The notes: generated by a model not told the origin, from the sequence alone. 64,000 bases of DNA from an uncultured virus (IMG/VR IMGVR_UViG_3300028603_000033) (IMGVR_UViG_3300028603_000033); one strand, 5' to 3'. Counted from the stretch's first letter, positions 8,327 to 17,108 are shown. Translations and numbers: made by a program.

Positions 8327-9334
8327 ATGATACCCTCAGAGTATATAATATCTAAGATTAACCAATACACCAAGCGTCCTATTAAAATTAGGCACCGTAA
8401 TGCGTATAACTTCGAATGTCCCATTTGTAATGAAGGGAAGAGTTCAGGTAAGAAACGTAGGGGTTATTATGTGGTAGATGAAGGTTATGTTTATTGTCAT
8501 AACTGTAATAGGGGATGGGATCCAATAAAATGGATTCAAGATGTCTGTCAGATGTCTTACAAAGAAGTTTTTGCTGAAGCAAAAGACTTTGGTTATACAG
8601 TTAATGATTACATTAGTGCTCGTTCGGAGAAAACTAAGAAAGTAGATTTCGGTACGCTTCCTGATGACAGTATAAATCTACTTGAACGCACACAAGTTAA
8701 TTACTACAGCAATGAACTCGTTGTACAAGCGTGTTTAAACGCTATACAACAGCGAAGATTAAACAAAGCTGTGAACAGACCGAAGAGTTTTTGGGTATCT
8801 CTTAAAGATAAGGTTCATAAGAATAGATTAGTAATTCCTTTTTATGATGATGATAATCAAATTCGTTTCTATCAAACTCGGGCGATAATGCCTGAAGATC
8901 TAAAAGATGATAGACCTAAATATCTTTCAAAGCTTAATGCTGATAAACGAATTTATGGAATGAATAACATTGATCCTGATTTAGAACATATTTTTATCTT
9001 TGAAGGCCCAATTGATAGTATGTTTACTAAAAATGGTATTGCTATTTGTGGAACAAACTTAACAGAAATACAAGAACAGCTTCTACGAAAATATAGTCTC
9101 TATCAGCACATTTGGGTATTAGATAACCAGTTTATGGATAAAGCTGGGCGAGAAAAAACCCTTGATCTAATAGAACAAGGGGCTCGAGTGTTTATATGGC
9201 CAAAAGATATTATACAGTTCAAAGATTTAAATGATGTCTGTGTGAAATATCAACTGGATCAAATATCCAACAAGTTTATTGTGGATAATAGTTTTACAGG
9301 ACAAGAAGCAAAAGATAAACTATCTGTTAAGTAA
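8327..9334 (+). CDS. gp61: DNA primase (T4 gp61-like)
   Basis: N-terminal Zn finger NFECPICNE...YCHNC, RLVIPFYD, TOPRIM FIFEGPIDSMF, FKDLND. Confidence 0.92.
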   Translation: MIPSEYIISKINQYTKRPIKIRHRNAYNFECPICNEGKSSGKKRRGYYVVDEGYVYCHNCNRGWDPIKWIQDVCQMSYKEVFAEAKDFGYTVNDYISARSEKTKKVDFGTLPDDSINLLERTQVNYYSNELVVQACLNAIQQRRLNKAVNRPKSFWVSLKDKVHKNRLVIPFYDDDNQIRFYQTRAIMPEDLKDDRPKYLSKLNADKRIYGMNNIDPDLEHIFIFEGPIDSMFTKNGIAICGTNLTEIQEQLLRKYSLYQHIWVLDNQFMDKAGREKTLDLIEQGARVFIWPKDIIQFKDLNDVCVKYQLDQISNKFIVDNSFTGQEAKDKLSVK

Positions 9335-9497
9335 CAGGTGGAACACAACCAGGATTTTTAAATTCCTTTTGTTCTAGTGGTGCAGCAGTACCCATATCTT
9401 CCAACATCATTGGAAATTCGGGATGTCCAGAAAGAGCTGGATTCACAGTTCCAGTAAATGCTGTATTTAAATAATTACCACCTATTTCATTCTGCAT
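9327..9497 (-). CDS. Small hypothetical protein, 56 aa (MQNEIGGNYLNTAFTG...)
   Basis: Read manually: fills the gap between the 9487 gene and the primase end. Confidence 0.5.
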   Translation of the reverse strand: MQNEIGGNYLNTAFTGTVNPALSGHPEFPMMLEDMGTAAPLEQKEFKNPGCVPPVT

Positions 9498-9834
9498 GTT
9501 CAATGTTCTTCTTTAAAACTCTTTTAACTTCAGAGGGACGTTTCTTTAAAGTACTCTTACGGAATTTACGTTGCTTTGCCATTATCTTCTCTTGAGTTTC
9601 CTCATTAAGAGTTCCTTCATCTACTTGACGCAAATGAAAGTTTAGTGCCTTTAGGAACTTGTTTCTACAATTATTAAGGGGAGTACCCGTATCTTCATCA
9701 ACTTGTTGACGTCTATATTCAGACTCAACAGCCTCTAAGAACTCTGGACTGAATTTTATTTGTCGTGGATAATACTCGCGTTTAACCGCCTTATACACAT
9801 TAAAACCTTCACATAGTTGTTCAAACTTTTTCAT
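9487..9834 (-). CDS. Hypothetical protein, basic C-terminus
   Basis: Track ORF 9487-9846; ATG 9834 (MKKFEQLCE) directly follows the upstream stop. Confidence 0.65.
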   Translation of the reverse strand: MKKFEQLCEGFNVYKAVKREYYPRQIKFSPEFLEAVESEYRRQQVDEDTGTPLNNCRNKFLKALNFHLRQVDEGTLNEETQEKIMAKQRKFRKSTLKKRPSEVKRVLKKNIEHAE

Positions 9835-9835
9835 A

Positions 9836-10807
9836 TTAGTAATCACTCATATCTGAACTACGAGAGTAGTCTCTATAGGCTGCATCTACATCAGGATCGA
9901 TTCCTAATGCATTATCATCAAGATCGTCTTCTAGACTTGAATGTCCACGGACTCTCTTCTTCTTTTTAGGATTACCCAAAATGATATCGGAATCATCTTC
10001 AATATCTTCAATGTCGCCTGCCAAAATAGCATCTTCATCATCAGGTACTGGAATGTATTCATCTTCTGGACGTTCACTAGCAGGTGTAAGATCTTCCTCT
10101 TCATCATCTAATGAAGGTGGCATACCCATACGCTTCATAGGTTTAGTAGGATCTTCATAAGGAATATCAGGACCTAAATCACCATCTACTTCAGGTTCGC
10201 CCTCGTCTGCACCTGTTAGTGCAGGGGAATCAATCTTTTCTGTATCAGTTATGTGTTTGGGCATTTGATCACCCATTTTTCTTTGTAGGTGTCCCATTGG
10301 AGAAGTAGGTGTTGTTATTCTGTCGGCACCAGCTGCTGGACCTTCTGCAACATCAGGTGTCTCTGCATTACCTGCAACATAACCTTCTGGTGTCCACTTA
10401 ATCATACCCTTTAAAGTATTAGCAATACCTGCAGGGCGAGTCATTAAACCTTGGAACTGATTTTTACCTAATATCTTCTTACCACCAAAAGCTGGTACAG
10501 TTATATTGTATAAATCATTCAAAGAAAGACCTTTAGTCTTTTCCGCAAACTCATCATCAAATCCTGGTTCATCTGGTAAATTATTAACAATATATTTGAC
10601 ACCTAAAAAGGCCTGTTGGTATGCAGGTCCTCTTCCGCTAAATCTACTTAAATTGTCATAATATGCACGCTCTTCTTCAGTTAAATTCTGAAGAGCTTCT
10701 TCTCTTTGCTCAGGTGTAATCTTAATGTGGCCAAATTTAGCAACGCGGGACATTTCCCCCAATACCATATCGCACACAGTTTCAAACGTTAATTTATCTT
10801 CAATCAT
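9836..10807 (-). CDS. Acidic low-complexity protein, putative head-internal/core protein
   Basis: LTFETVCDMVLGE N-terminus; Asp/Glu/Pro-rich C-terminal half; GGGTAAATA upstream (10829-10837). Confidence 0.55.
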   Translation of the reverse strand: MIEDKLTFETVCDMVLGEMSRVAKFGHIKITPEQREEALQNLTEEERAYYDNLSRFSGRGPAYQQAFLGVKYIVNNLPDEPGFDDEFAEKTKGLSLNDLYNITVPAFGGKKILGKNQFQGLMTRPAGIANTLKGMIKWTPEGYVAGNAETPDVAEGPAAGADRITTPTSPMGHLQRKMGDQMPKHITDTEKIDSPALTGADEGEPEVDGDLGPDIPYEDPTKPMKRMGMPPSLDDEEEDLTPASERPEDEYIPVPDDEDAILAGDIEDIEDDSDIILGNPKKKKRVRGHSSLEDDLDDNALGIDPDVDAAYRDYSRSSDMSDY

Positions 10808-10851
10808 GAATAACCTCTTTTGTGTAATTATTTACCCTATTACAAGGTAAA

Positions 10852-11574
10852 TTAAATAATTATTTGGGGTATTTTTTTGACGGATAATTTCTTTTCTTCC
10901 ACTAAATCCTTTAAGGCTTGAACATCTTCTTCAGATATTTCAACATCATTCATTAGATTATCTTCTTCACCAAAGATATCTCCTTTGGAATTAATGTATA
11001 GTTTTGCCATTTCAAGACGTTGTTCGGGGGTTCCAAAGATTTCAATTATAGCAGGACAATCATCTTTAGGAAAGAATGTATCTTTTCCCTTATGATATGT
11101 TTGAATAATACCTTTAAATAGGTTATCTATTTCTCCTCTAAATTCAGGATTTGTATCTCGCTGTTCATCAGGAACTATTTCAATAGGATAGGCATCTAAA
11201 ATAGGAATAAAAAATATAATATCATATACACTTACAATTTTCTTAAACTTCGCAATTGCTTGTTCAATATATAAGTCGTCAACATCACCCTTTTTCTTAG
11301 CATTAAGCCAAATACTATATACTAAATTGTCAAGAGGACCACGATCATAAATTACATACTTTTCGTTTTTAGTTTCTTCAATCTGATTATATAGGATTTC
11401 TTGAATAGCTTTTTGACCAACAAGATCACCATCACGATTCAATTTAATATCAGATGCCTTTGCTGCCTGTCTATAAGAACGTTTTGGAGCAATATACATC
11501 GGCCATTGCTTTAAAAAATCATTGATAAATGTTGTCTTACCTACACAACTCGAACCACATACAGCTATTTTCAT
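10852..11574 (-). CDS. P-loop nucleotide/nucleoside kinase (AAA_28/dNMP-kinase-like)
   Basis: KIAVCGSSCVGKTT Walker A; IYDRGPLDNLVYS; YDIIFFIP. Confidence 0.75.
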   Translation of the reverse strand: MKIAVCGSSCVGKTTFINDFLKQWPMYIAPKRSYRQAAKASDIKLNRDGDLVGQKAIQEILYNQIEETKNEKYVIYDRGPLDNLVYSIWLNAKKKGDVDDLYIEQAIAKFKKIVSVYDIIFFIPILDAYPIEIVPDEQRDTNPEFRGEIDNLFKGIIQTYHKGKDTFFPKDDCPAIIEIFGTPEQRLEMAKLYINSKGDIFGEEDNLMNDVEISEEDVQALKDLVEEKKLSVKKIPQIII

Positions 11575-11575
11575 A

Positions 11576-12005
11576 TTAATCCTCTTCTTTCAAAAACCTA
11601 ATTGCATCTTCAATGCTCTCTACTTTATGAGCATACGTTAAACAACCCAATGACCAACCTGGTATATTTTCAGGTTCTACACCATCAATCATATAGATTA
11701 TCTTTTTATTAAGATAAGCAGCAACTGTTAGTTCACCCCAAGTACCACTACCTTTACCCGTTGTCTTATCAATCTTAATAAAGAAATGACTACATCTCAT
11801 TACATCTTGAATGTCAGGAATAATAAAATTATCATAAATCCATTTCTTAAACGCAAATTCATCTACTTTTCCTAAAGGACAAAATTGTGTTGAAGGATTC
11901 ATTACTTGATATAATCCAAATAATTCCTTTTCCATTTGATTACGCCAACTTGATGGATCCTTACTGTGTTCTATACTGCCGCTAAAGATACACCGATTTG
12001 TTCAT
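11576..12005 (-). CDS. Nucleoside 2-deoxyribosyltransferase-like protein; needs a +1 frameshift at CTT-TAG (11987-11982)
   Basis: GAAAGGA RBS and ATG 12005 give MNKSVYL then TAG. The +1 frame continues SGSIEHSKDPSSWRNQMEKEL...MNP...DIQDVMRC...GSGTWGELTVA. The joined VYLSG..WR..GT..E pattern is typical of NDT-like folds. Confidence 0.7.
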
Positions 12006-12029
12006 AAACATCCTTTCAATAATCTATAT

Positions 12030-12908
12030 TTATTCTGCCCATTTTCTTAGTAGTTTTATATTATGTTCATATGCAGCACGCTGCCAACCATCACATTTCA
12101 TATCAAAATCTAAGAACTTTTTAACTTTCACTATTGTTCCATAATCTTCATTAAATCGAACACATGCTTGTGCTGCTTGCCAAGGCGCTGCACTATCGCA
12201 ACTTCTAATATGTTTTAATTGACTAGGTTTTAAGCATTGATTCAATAGTTTTAATTCATAAGGATTATACAATCCCAATAAATGAATTGTCTTTTTGTTT
12301 CTTGCTAGTGTTTTGAATTTAACATAATTCTGAAAGAAATATAATCTAGATAAGGTATAGTTGTAACAATTATCTTCCAAAGACTCTGTTAACTTTTCAA
12401 TATTAGGAATTGATTTTAACATCTCATCTGTCATATCAAATATTTGTTGCATCAGTGCCGGAATTAAATTTCTATAGCCGACACCAATAACATTAATACG
12501 CTTATCACTTACAAATGCTTCATAGCACTTCAAATACTCTTCTATTGTATTCCCCTGAGGAACTGCCATGACACTAAAATTTCCTGCAATATCCTTTTCA
12601 TAAAATTCATTTAAGAAATTAAAGGTTTCATTCATTGTAGTTTCAGCATCATGATACTTATCTGGTGCAATAAGTTCATTAGCCTTAACACTAGTTGCCA
12701 AGTCTATTAATTCTTGTCCCTTTAGCATAAACCCTTCGTTTGCAGAATTATCACATAGTACATATGAATCGGGGTTGTTTGTTCTAAGATTATTGTAAAA
12801 ATCTCTATAAATAGGATTTTTTAATAAATGACCTAATACCATATAGATATTAGAATACTTATATGATTCCTCTAAATGGGGAATCGGTGTAATTATAGCT
12901 AGTTTCAT
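12030..12908 (-). CDS. TGT-fold protein, candidate DpdA-like DNA transglycosylase
   Basis: LCDNSANE, LIAPD, MAVPQG, IHLLGL and IRSCDSAAP match the ordered TGT motifs; lies inside the que operon; no C-terminal Cys-Zn site seen. Confidence 0.65.
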   Translation of the reverse strand: MKLAIITPIPHLEESYKYSNIYMVLGHLLKNPIYRDFYNNLRTNNPDSYVLCDNSANEGFMLKGQELIDLATSVKANELIAPDKYHDAETTMNETFNFLNEFYEKDIAGNFSVMAVPQGNTIEEYLKCYEAFVSDKRINVIGVGYRNLIPALMQQIFDMTDEMLKSIPNIEKLTESLEDNCYNYTLSRLYFFQNYVKFKTLARNKKTIHLLGLYNPYELKLLNQCLKPSQLKHIRSCDSAAPWQAAQACVRFNEDYGTIVKVKKFLDFDMKCDGWQRAAYEHNIKLLRKWAE

Positions 12909-12936
12909 ATTTTTTTATTATATATTATATTCCATT

Positions 12937-13599
12937 TTAATCACGGTTTGTATAAAATAATTCTTGTTGAATACGGTCATATGGAATACCCTTATCAGAT
13001 AGATATTTTGATGTATCCGTAATCATTCCTTCAATACCACATAGATAATATGTAATATCATCTGCAATAGGTAGTTGGTCTAATAAATCTGTTATTCTAC
13101 CTTTATGAATACCAAAATGTTTATCTTCTCTTGAAACCGCAAATTTTATATTGTAATTGGATTTTAACCAAACACGTTCATACAAATCTGCTCGTGTCCT
13201 TGCACCATATAATATCATTTCAGGTTTATGTTCATATGTTCGTAGCGCAGAGAAAAACGGAGATATACCTACACCTGTTGCAATATAACAATATTTCTTT
13301 GCTATTCCTGGCTTAAAATAATTGAATACCTCACCAACCTCAATCGTACTACCATAATGATGTTTTGAAATGCGTTGAGAGGATTTCCCATCTGTAAATT
13401 TACGAATAAGGAGTTTTATTATTTCTCTATCTTTAGTAGGTGAAGAGCATATACTATAACTCTTTCCATAGATAGATACACAGGTACCAGGTTCATAATC
13501 AATTCTGTTACGGGATATATCTAATTCAAAACATTCTGGAGAATATTCTATATTACTTATAACCTTATGTTTGCTCGAAACAGTACGCGGTTTAACCAT
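12937..13599 (-). CDS. Ferredoxin/flavodoxin-NADP+ reductase-like oxidoreductase
   Basis: SYSICSSP, GKSS, YIATGVGISPF, LYGART, YYLCG...I, ELF at the C-terminus. Confidence 0.85.
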   Translation of the reverse strand: MVKPRTVSSKHKVISNIEYSPECFELDISRNRIDYEPGTCVSIYGKSYSICSSPTKDREIIKLLIRKFTDGKSSQRISKHHYGSTIEVGEVFNYFKPGIAKKYCYIATGVGISPFFSALRTYEHKPEMILYGARTRADLYERVWLKSNYNIKFAVSREDKHFGIHKGRITDLLDQLPIADDITYYLCGIEGMITDTSKYLSDKGIPYDRIQQELFYTNRD

Positions 13600-15374
13600 T
13601 AAACACCAGTTAACTTATTGAAACAAAGAATATGTAATCTTGAGCACATACGCCAATGATAACGCATTGCCATTTCCCATGTGAATTTTGTTCTCTCGGC
13701 TAAGTCTGCAACATTATCACATCCCGGCATTAGTATAATTCTATTTTGCTCAATAGCATTGGAACCAATAAAATCTTCTTTTATTTCATCAATGTCCCAT
13801 TCTTCTCCAATGACAAACTTAAACCAATGATTATTATGTGACTTAATTTGTACTAGAGCGTCTTTATTAATACGCATACTTTCTGACATACCTGAATTAG
13901 ATAGCTTAGGTGAACAATTAATTTGCTGAATATGTCTTGTATAGAACTCTGAAGGAACAACAATTGTTCCATTCGTTTCTATTTCACTAAATATTCTTGA
14001 TTGGGGATATTTTTCCTTCATATAATCTAGAAATTCCATAATACCTGTTACACATCGTGGAATTGTAGGTTCACCACCTGTCCATACTATATGTGTAGTA
14101 CCATTTAAAATAGAATCTAATTCACCAAATTCTATCAACTTCTTTTCAATTTCTTCATTAGTATATGTAGTTCCATTTTTCCAAACAGTTTCACTATCGC
14201 ACCACCAAGTTGCTTTACCCTCTTTCATTAGAGAGCCACTCGGTCCACCACAATTATGTGTAACTAAACCATCCACAATGAATGTATGATGAGGATAACA
14301 AGTTAAATCATAACATTTTAGCTTGTTTGCATTATAACGTTTAACATCTGTAACCTTAATACCATTAAGTGCGTCTAATTCATATTTTATAAGATTATTA
14401 ATATTTTCTTTGTCGTCAAAATCTGCGAAGACAATATCATATCCAGCATCATTAACTATTTTCTTTCTATTTTCTTTCCATTTATCATCTCTATTAGCGT
14501 ATCTACCCTTACTATATAATACTTCAACCAATCTATTTGAACCTTCAATAATGAAATCAGGGTATATATGTTTTTTTGTATTCTTTATTGGAATAGCTAA
14601 ATCAAAATTACCAATATATTTTACAGGTAGACCCATTTTTTTACACAATGAGTGGAATTTATATTCTGTCATTGATGCATAGCCCTTATATCCTTTCGAA
14701 TTATGAGCACCTTGTGATTTTTTTACAATGACTGGATCAAACATCGGATTATTATTTTTCATCCTATTTGACGTATTTTTTATAAAATTATCATATATAC
14801 CTTGTTCTTTGAGAATTGTATTTATTGATTTTAATTTATTTTGAGAGAATAAATCTTTTCTTGTTTTTGAGATTTTTTTTCCTATTTCTTTATAATTAAC
14901 ATTTTCTAATCTTTTATTAACAGTCTCCCTGTTGTTCATTGGATTTTTATCGCCTTTCTTAATATATGATAAAAAATCCTTGTAGTTAAAATGCATTATT
15001 TCTTGATCTTTTAACGACCCTGCTGAAATCCAACCATTGTTTGTTAAAAAGGGGTGTTCATGAGAAGTGTATATTGATGATTTATCCTGCATTTTTATTT
15101 CAACGTGATTATCAATATCATATTCAGTAACAATTTTAACCACCGTTTCTGTTAATTTATTATTTTCATCTACTGATAAAACAATATCACCAGCTTTAAT
15201 TTCATTGATTTTTTTCATTCCAGTGGGCGTCCAAACCTTTGGTATTTTTCTACCTGGTTTAACACCAATAGACATTAAATTACAACCTTGTAATCGTATA
15301 AACACTGAAGGTACTCCTGTTGAGATACCTTCCCCCTGAATTGAATAAAAGATTTCGCTTACATTTAAACTCAT
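13599..15374 (-). CDS. queE: 7-carboxy-7-deazaguanine synthase (radical SAM), intein-containing
   Basis: EIFYSIQGEG...VFIRLQGCNLM | intein | CGG...WWCDS, VWTGGEP, EIETNGT, CSPKLSNSG, RLHI. Confidence 0.92.
   Translation of the reverse strand: MSLNVSEIFYSIQGEGISTGVPSVFIRLQGCNLMSIGVKPGRKIPKVWTPTGMKKINEIKAGDIVLSVDENNKLTETVVKIVTEYDIDNHVEIKMQDKSSIYTSHEHPFLTNNGWISAGSLKDQEIMHFNYKDFLSYIKKGDKNPMNNRETVNKRLENVNYKEIGKKISKTRKDLFSQNKLKSINTILKEQGIYDNFIKNTSNRMKNNNPMFDPVIVKKSQGAHNSKGYKGYASMTEYKFHSLCKKMGLPVKYIGNFDLAIPIKNTKKHIYPDFIIEGSNRLVEVLYSKGRYANRDDKWKENRKKIVNDAGYDIVFADFDDKENINNLIKYELDALNGIKVTDVKRYNANKLKCYDLTCYPHHTFIVDGLVTHNCGGPSGSLMKEGKATWWCDSETVWKNGTTYTNEEIEKKLIEFGELDSILNGTTHIVWTGGEPTIPRCVTGIMEFLDYMKEKYPQSRIFSEIETNGTIVVPSEFYTRHIQQINCSPKLSNSGMSESMRINKDALVQIKSHNNHWFKFVIGEEWDIDEIKEDFIGSNAIEQNRIILMPGCDNVADLAERTKFTWEMAMRYHWRMCSRLHILCFNKLTGV
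14253..15272 (-). mobile_element. Intein (340 aa) in QueE, Ser1...His-Asn, +1 Cys
   Basis: Starts SIGVKPG...KVWTPTGMKKINEIKAGDIVLS; block B TSHEHPFLTNNGW; ends CYDLTCYPHHTFIVDGLVTHN/C. Internal YPDFIIEGSNRLVEV nuclease-like motif. Confidence 0.88.
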
Positions 15375-15652
15375 ATTACTTGCTCCATTAACACTTTCAA
15401 ATCGGTTTTAGTTCTGGTACCAGAAAACTGCTGAAGACAAACACCATCTTTAAAGATTAAAAATGTAGGAACTGCCCTAATATTATACTTCTCTAAAATA
15501 TCTCTGCTTTCTGGTTCATCTACATTCACTTTGATTAACTTGAAGCCACCCATTTCTTGCTGAAGTGATTCAACAATAGGTGTCATAACCTTACATGGAC
15601 CACACCAAGGTGCCCATAAATCTACTAAAACTGTTCCAGTACTTGGTATCAT
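15371..15652 (-). CDS. trxA: Thioredoxin
   Basis: VLVDLWAPWCGPCK; IRAVPTF. Confidence 0.93.
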   Translation of the reverse strand: MIPSTGTVLVDLWAPWCGPCKVMTPIVESLQQEMGGFKLIKVNVDEPESRDILEKYNIRAVPTFLIFKDGVCLQQFSGTRTKTDLKVLMEQVI

Positions 15653-16263
15653 TCTTTCTCCTTATATAATAATTCTACTTCGGGGTTTAAAAATGGTTTT
15701 GTTTTATACTTATCCAAAACTTTATTCCACATTTCTGGATCTTTCCATTCTTTTTTAATCGCATCACTAAAGATAATATCCTTTTCTTTCAATCCGGAGC
15801 GAATCCAGAAATTAAGATAATCTTCTGCAAAGGCTTCTGCCCACCCAGTTGCAGTCTCATGCACTCTAACTGAATGTAACCTGACACCACATTCCCCATT
15901 ATTAAACTCAGTCTTATGAACAATTGCAGCAATCATCGCAAAGAACATTACAGAATACATTTCTGCTGTTGGGGAACAAGGCATTTCAATCCAACGATCA
16001 CTATGTGACTTAATAAATGATTTAACATCATCTTTCTCTCGGTTCCATAACGAATAGGCATGATCAAAAGAATCTATTGCATCCTTTATAGTTCCTTTCA
16101 TTAAACCGAAATCAACTACCATTTGTCCATTATCTAACTTATCCGCGGTGAATTTTACTTCTACAGTATAACTGTGTCCGTGAATACTTTTCTTACATCT
16201 ATCTGAAGAGCAATCACGTACAATATGTGCACCTTCAAATGTAAACTTTTTTCTTATAATCAT
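15649..16263 (-). CDS. queD: 6-carboxy-5,6,7,8-tetrahydropterin synthase
   Basis: FEGAH...C...HGHSY, VVDFG, FDHA, PTAE, VRVHET. Confidence 0.92.
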   Translation of the reverse strand: MIIRKKFTFEGAHIVRDCSSDRCKKSIHGHSYTVEVKFTADKLDNGQMVVDFGLMKGTIKDAIDSFDHAYSLWNREKDDVKSFIKSHSDRWIEMPCSPTAEMYSVMFFAMIAAIVHKTEFNNGECGVRLHSVRVHETATGWAEAFAEDYLNFWIRSGLKEKDIIFSDAIKKEWKDPEMWNKVLDKYKTKPFLNPEVELLYKEKE

Positions 16264-16298
16264 TATTCTATCCTTATATTATCGTTACTATACCTGTT

Positions 16299-16327
16299 AT
16301 TATAATAGTAAATGCCCAAATAAGCAA
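16299..16327 (-). promoter_or_regulatory. Sigma70-type promoter for the queD operon
   Basis: Minus strand TTGCTT-17 nt-TATAAT upstream of queD. Confidence 0.6.
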
Positions 16328-16425
16328 TATTTTATAATAATTTTTTACTAAAGCTGTTAAAGATACTAAAAAGAAGTTTCCTTGAAAAGAGGTTATCCAT
16401 GCTAGTAATTCCGCATTTTCCTTTG

Positions 16426-17082
16426 TTATTTACCAAAGGTATCTAATATTTTCTTGCGTTTATTTACTTCAAGTAATTGCAAAAATACTTCCCAGCCAGC
16501 CAGATCTTGTTCATCATTGACTGGATAAAAATCGTACCTAGGTTCGTCCTTACATAACTTAATTATGCTTTGAGAAAGAATAGGCACGTTATAAACTTCT
16601 TCATATAATCGTTTATATGCGGATAATTGGATTACCATTTCGGGGTGAATATGATTACTTGTTTTCAAGTCTAATAAATGTATTCCACCATTGCGCTCTG
16701 CAATAATATCAATTGTTCCAGCGAAGCGATGCTGTTCGCTTACTAATGAAACTTCACAATGTGTATATTTTGTTGGTTTCCAAAACTTTTCCCAATCACA
16801 AAAACCTAAATAACCATTTTTAGCCTTAGCTAAATGTTCCTTACTATAAGGAGCAATATCAGGGACTGTATTGTTTATTTTATTTTCACATAGGTAATGG
16901 GTTAGCGTTCCTATTTCACTTGACTCTTTTACAATAGTATCACTATCGATACCCTCTTTAAGAGCCTTCTTTTTAGTCCAGGCTATGAGCATATTCTTGT
17001 TCCAGCCTAGATTGCCACCGATTACGGTTGTTACTGATGGGACTTGTTCGCCGTCCTTAGCGTAATATTTAGTATGTGCCAT
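16426..17082 (-). CDS. PD-(D/E)xK exonuclease (lambda-exo/Cas4-like phage exonuclease)
   Basis: VPSVTTVI, GTLTH, E..L, FAGTIDII, LLDLKTS, QLSAY. Confidence 0.85.
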   Translation of the reverse strand: MAHTKYYAKDGEQVPSVTTVIGGNLGWNKNMLIAWTKKKALKEGIDSDTIVKESSEIGTLTHYLCENKINNTVPDIAPYSKEHLAKAKNGYLGFCDWEKFWKPTKYTHCEVSLVSEQHRFAGTIDIIAERNGGIHLLDLKTSNHIHPEMVIQLSAYKRLYEEVYNVPILSQSIIKLCKDEPRYDFYPVNDEQDLAGWEVFLQLLEVNKRKKILDTFGK

Positions 17083-17108
17083 GTATATAATAATACAGGT
17101 TTTTATTA

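Noticed and set aside
11964..11984. TAG stop-codon reassignment as the explanation for the interrupted NDT-like gene
   Set aside because: Reading through TAG gives CGG CAG TAT AGA ACA CAG TAA, another stop. Core genes are intact under the standard code, so there is no sign of recoding.
16426..17082. Cas4 as evidence of a CRISPR-Cas system
   Set aside because: No four-Cys Fe-S pattern, no other cas genes and no array; an ordinary phage PD-(D/E)xK exonuclease.
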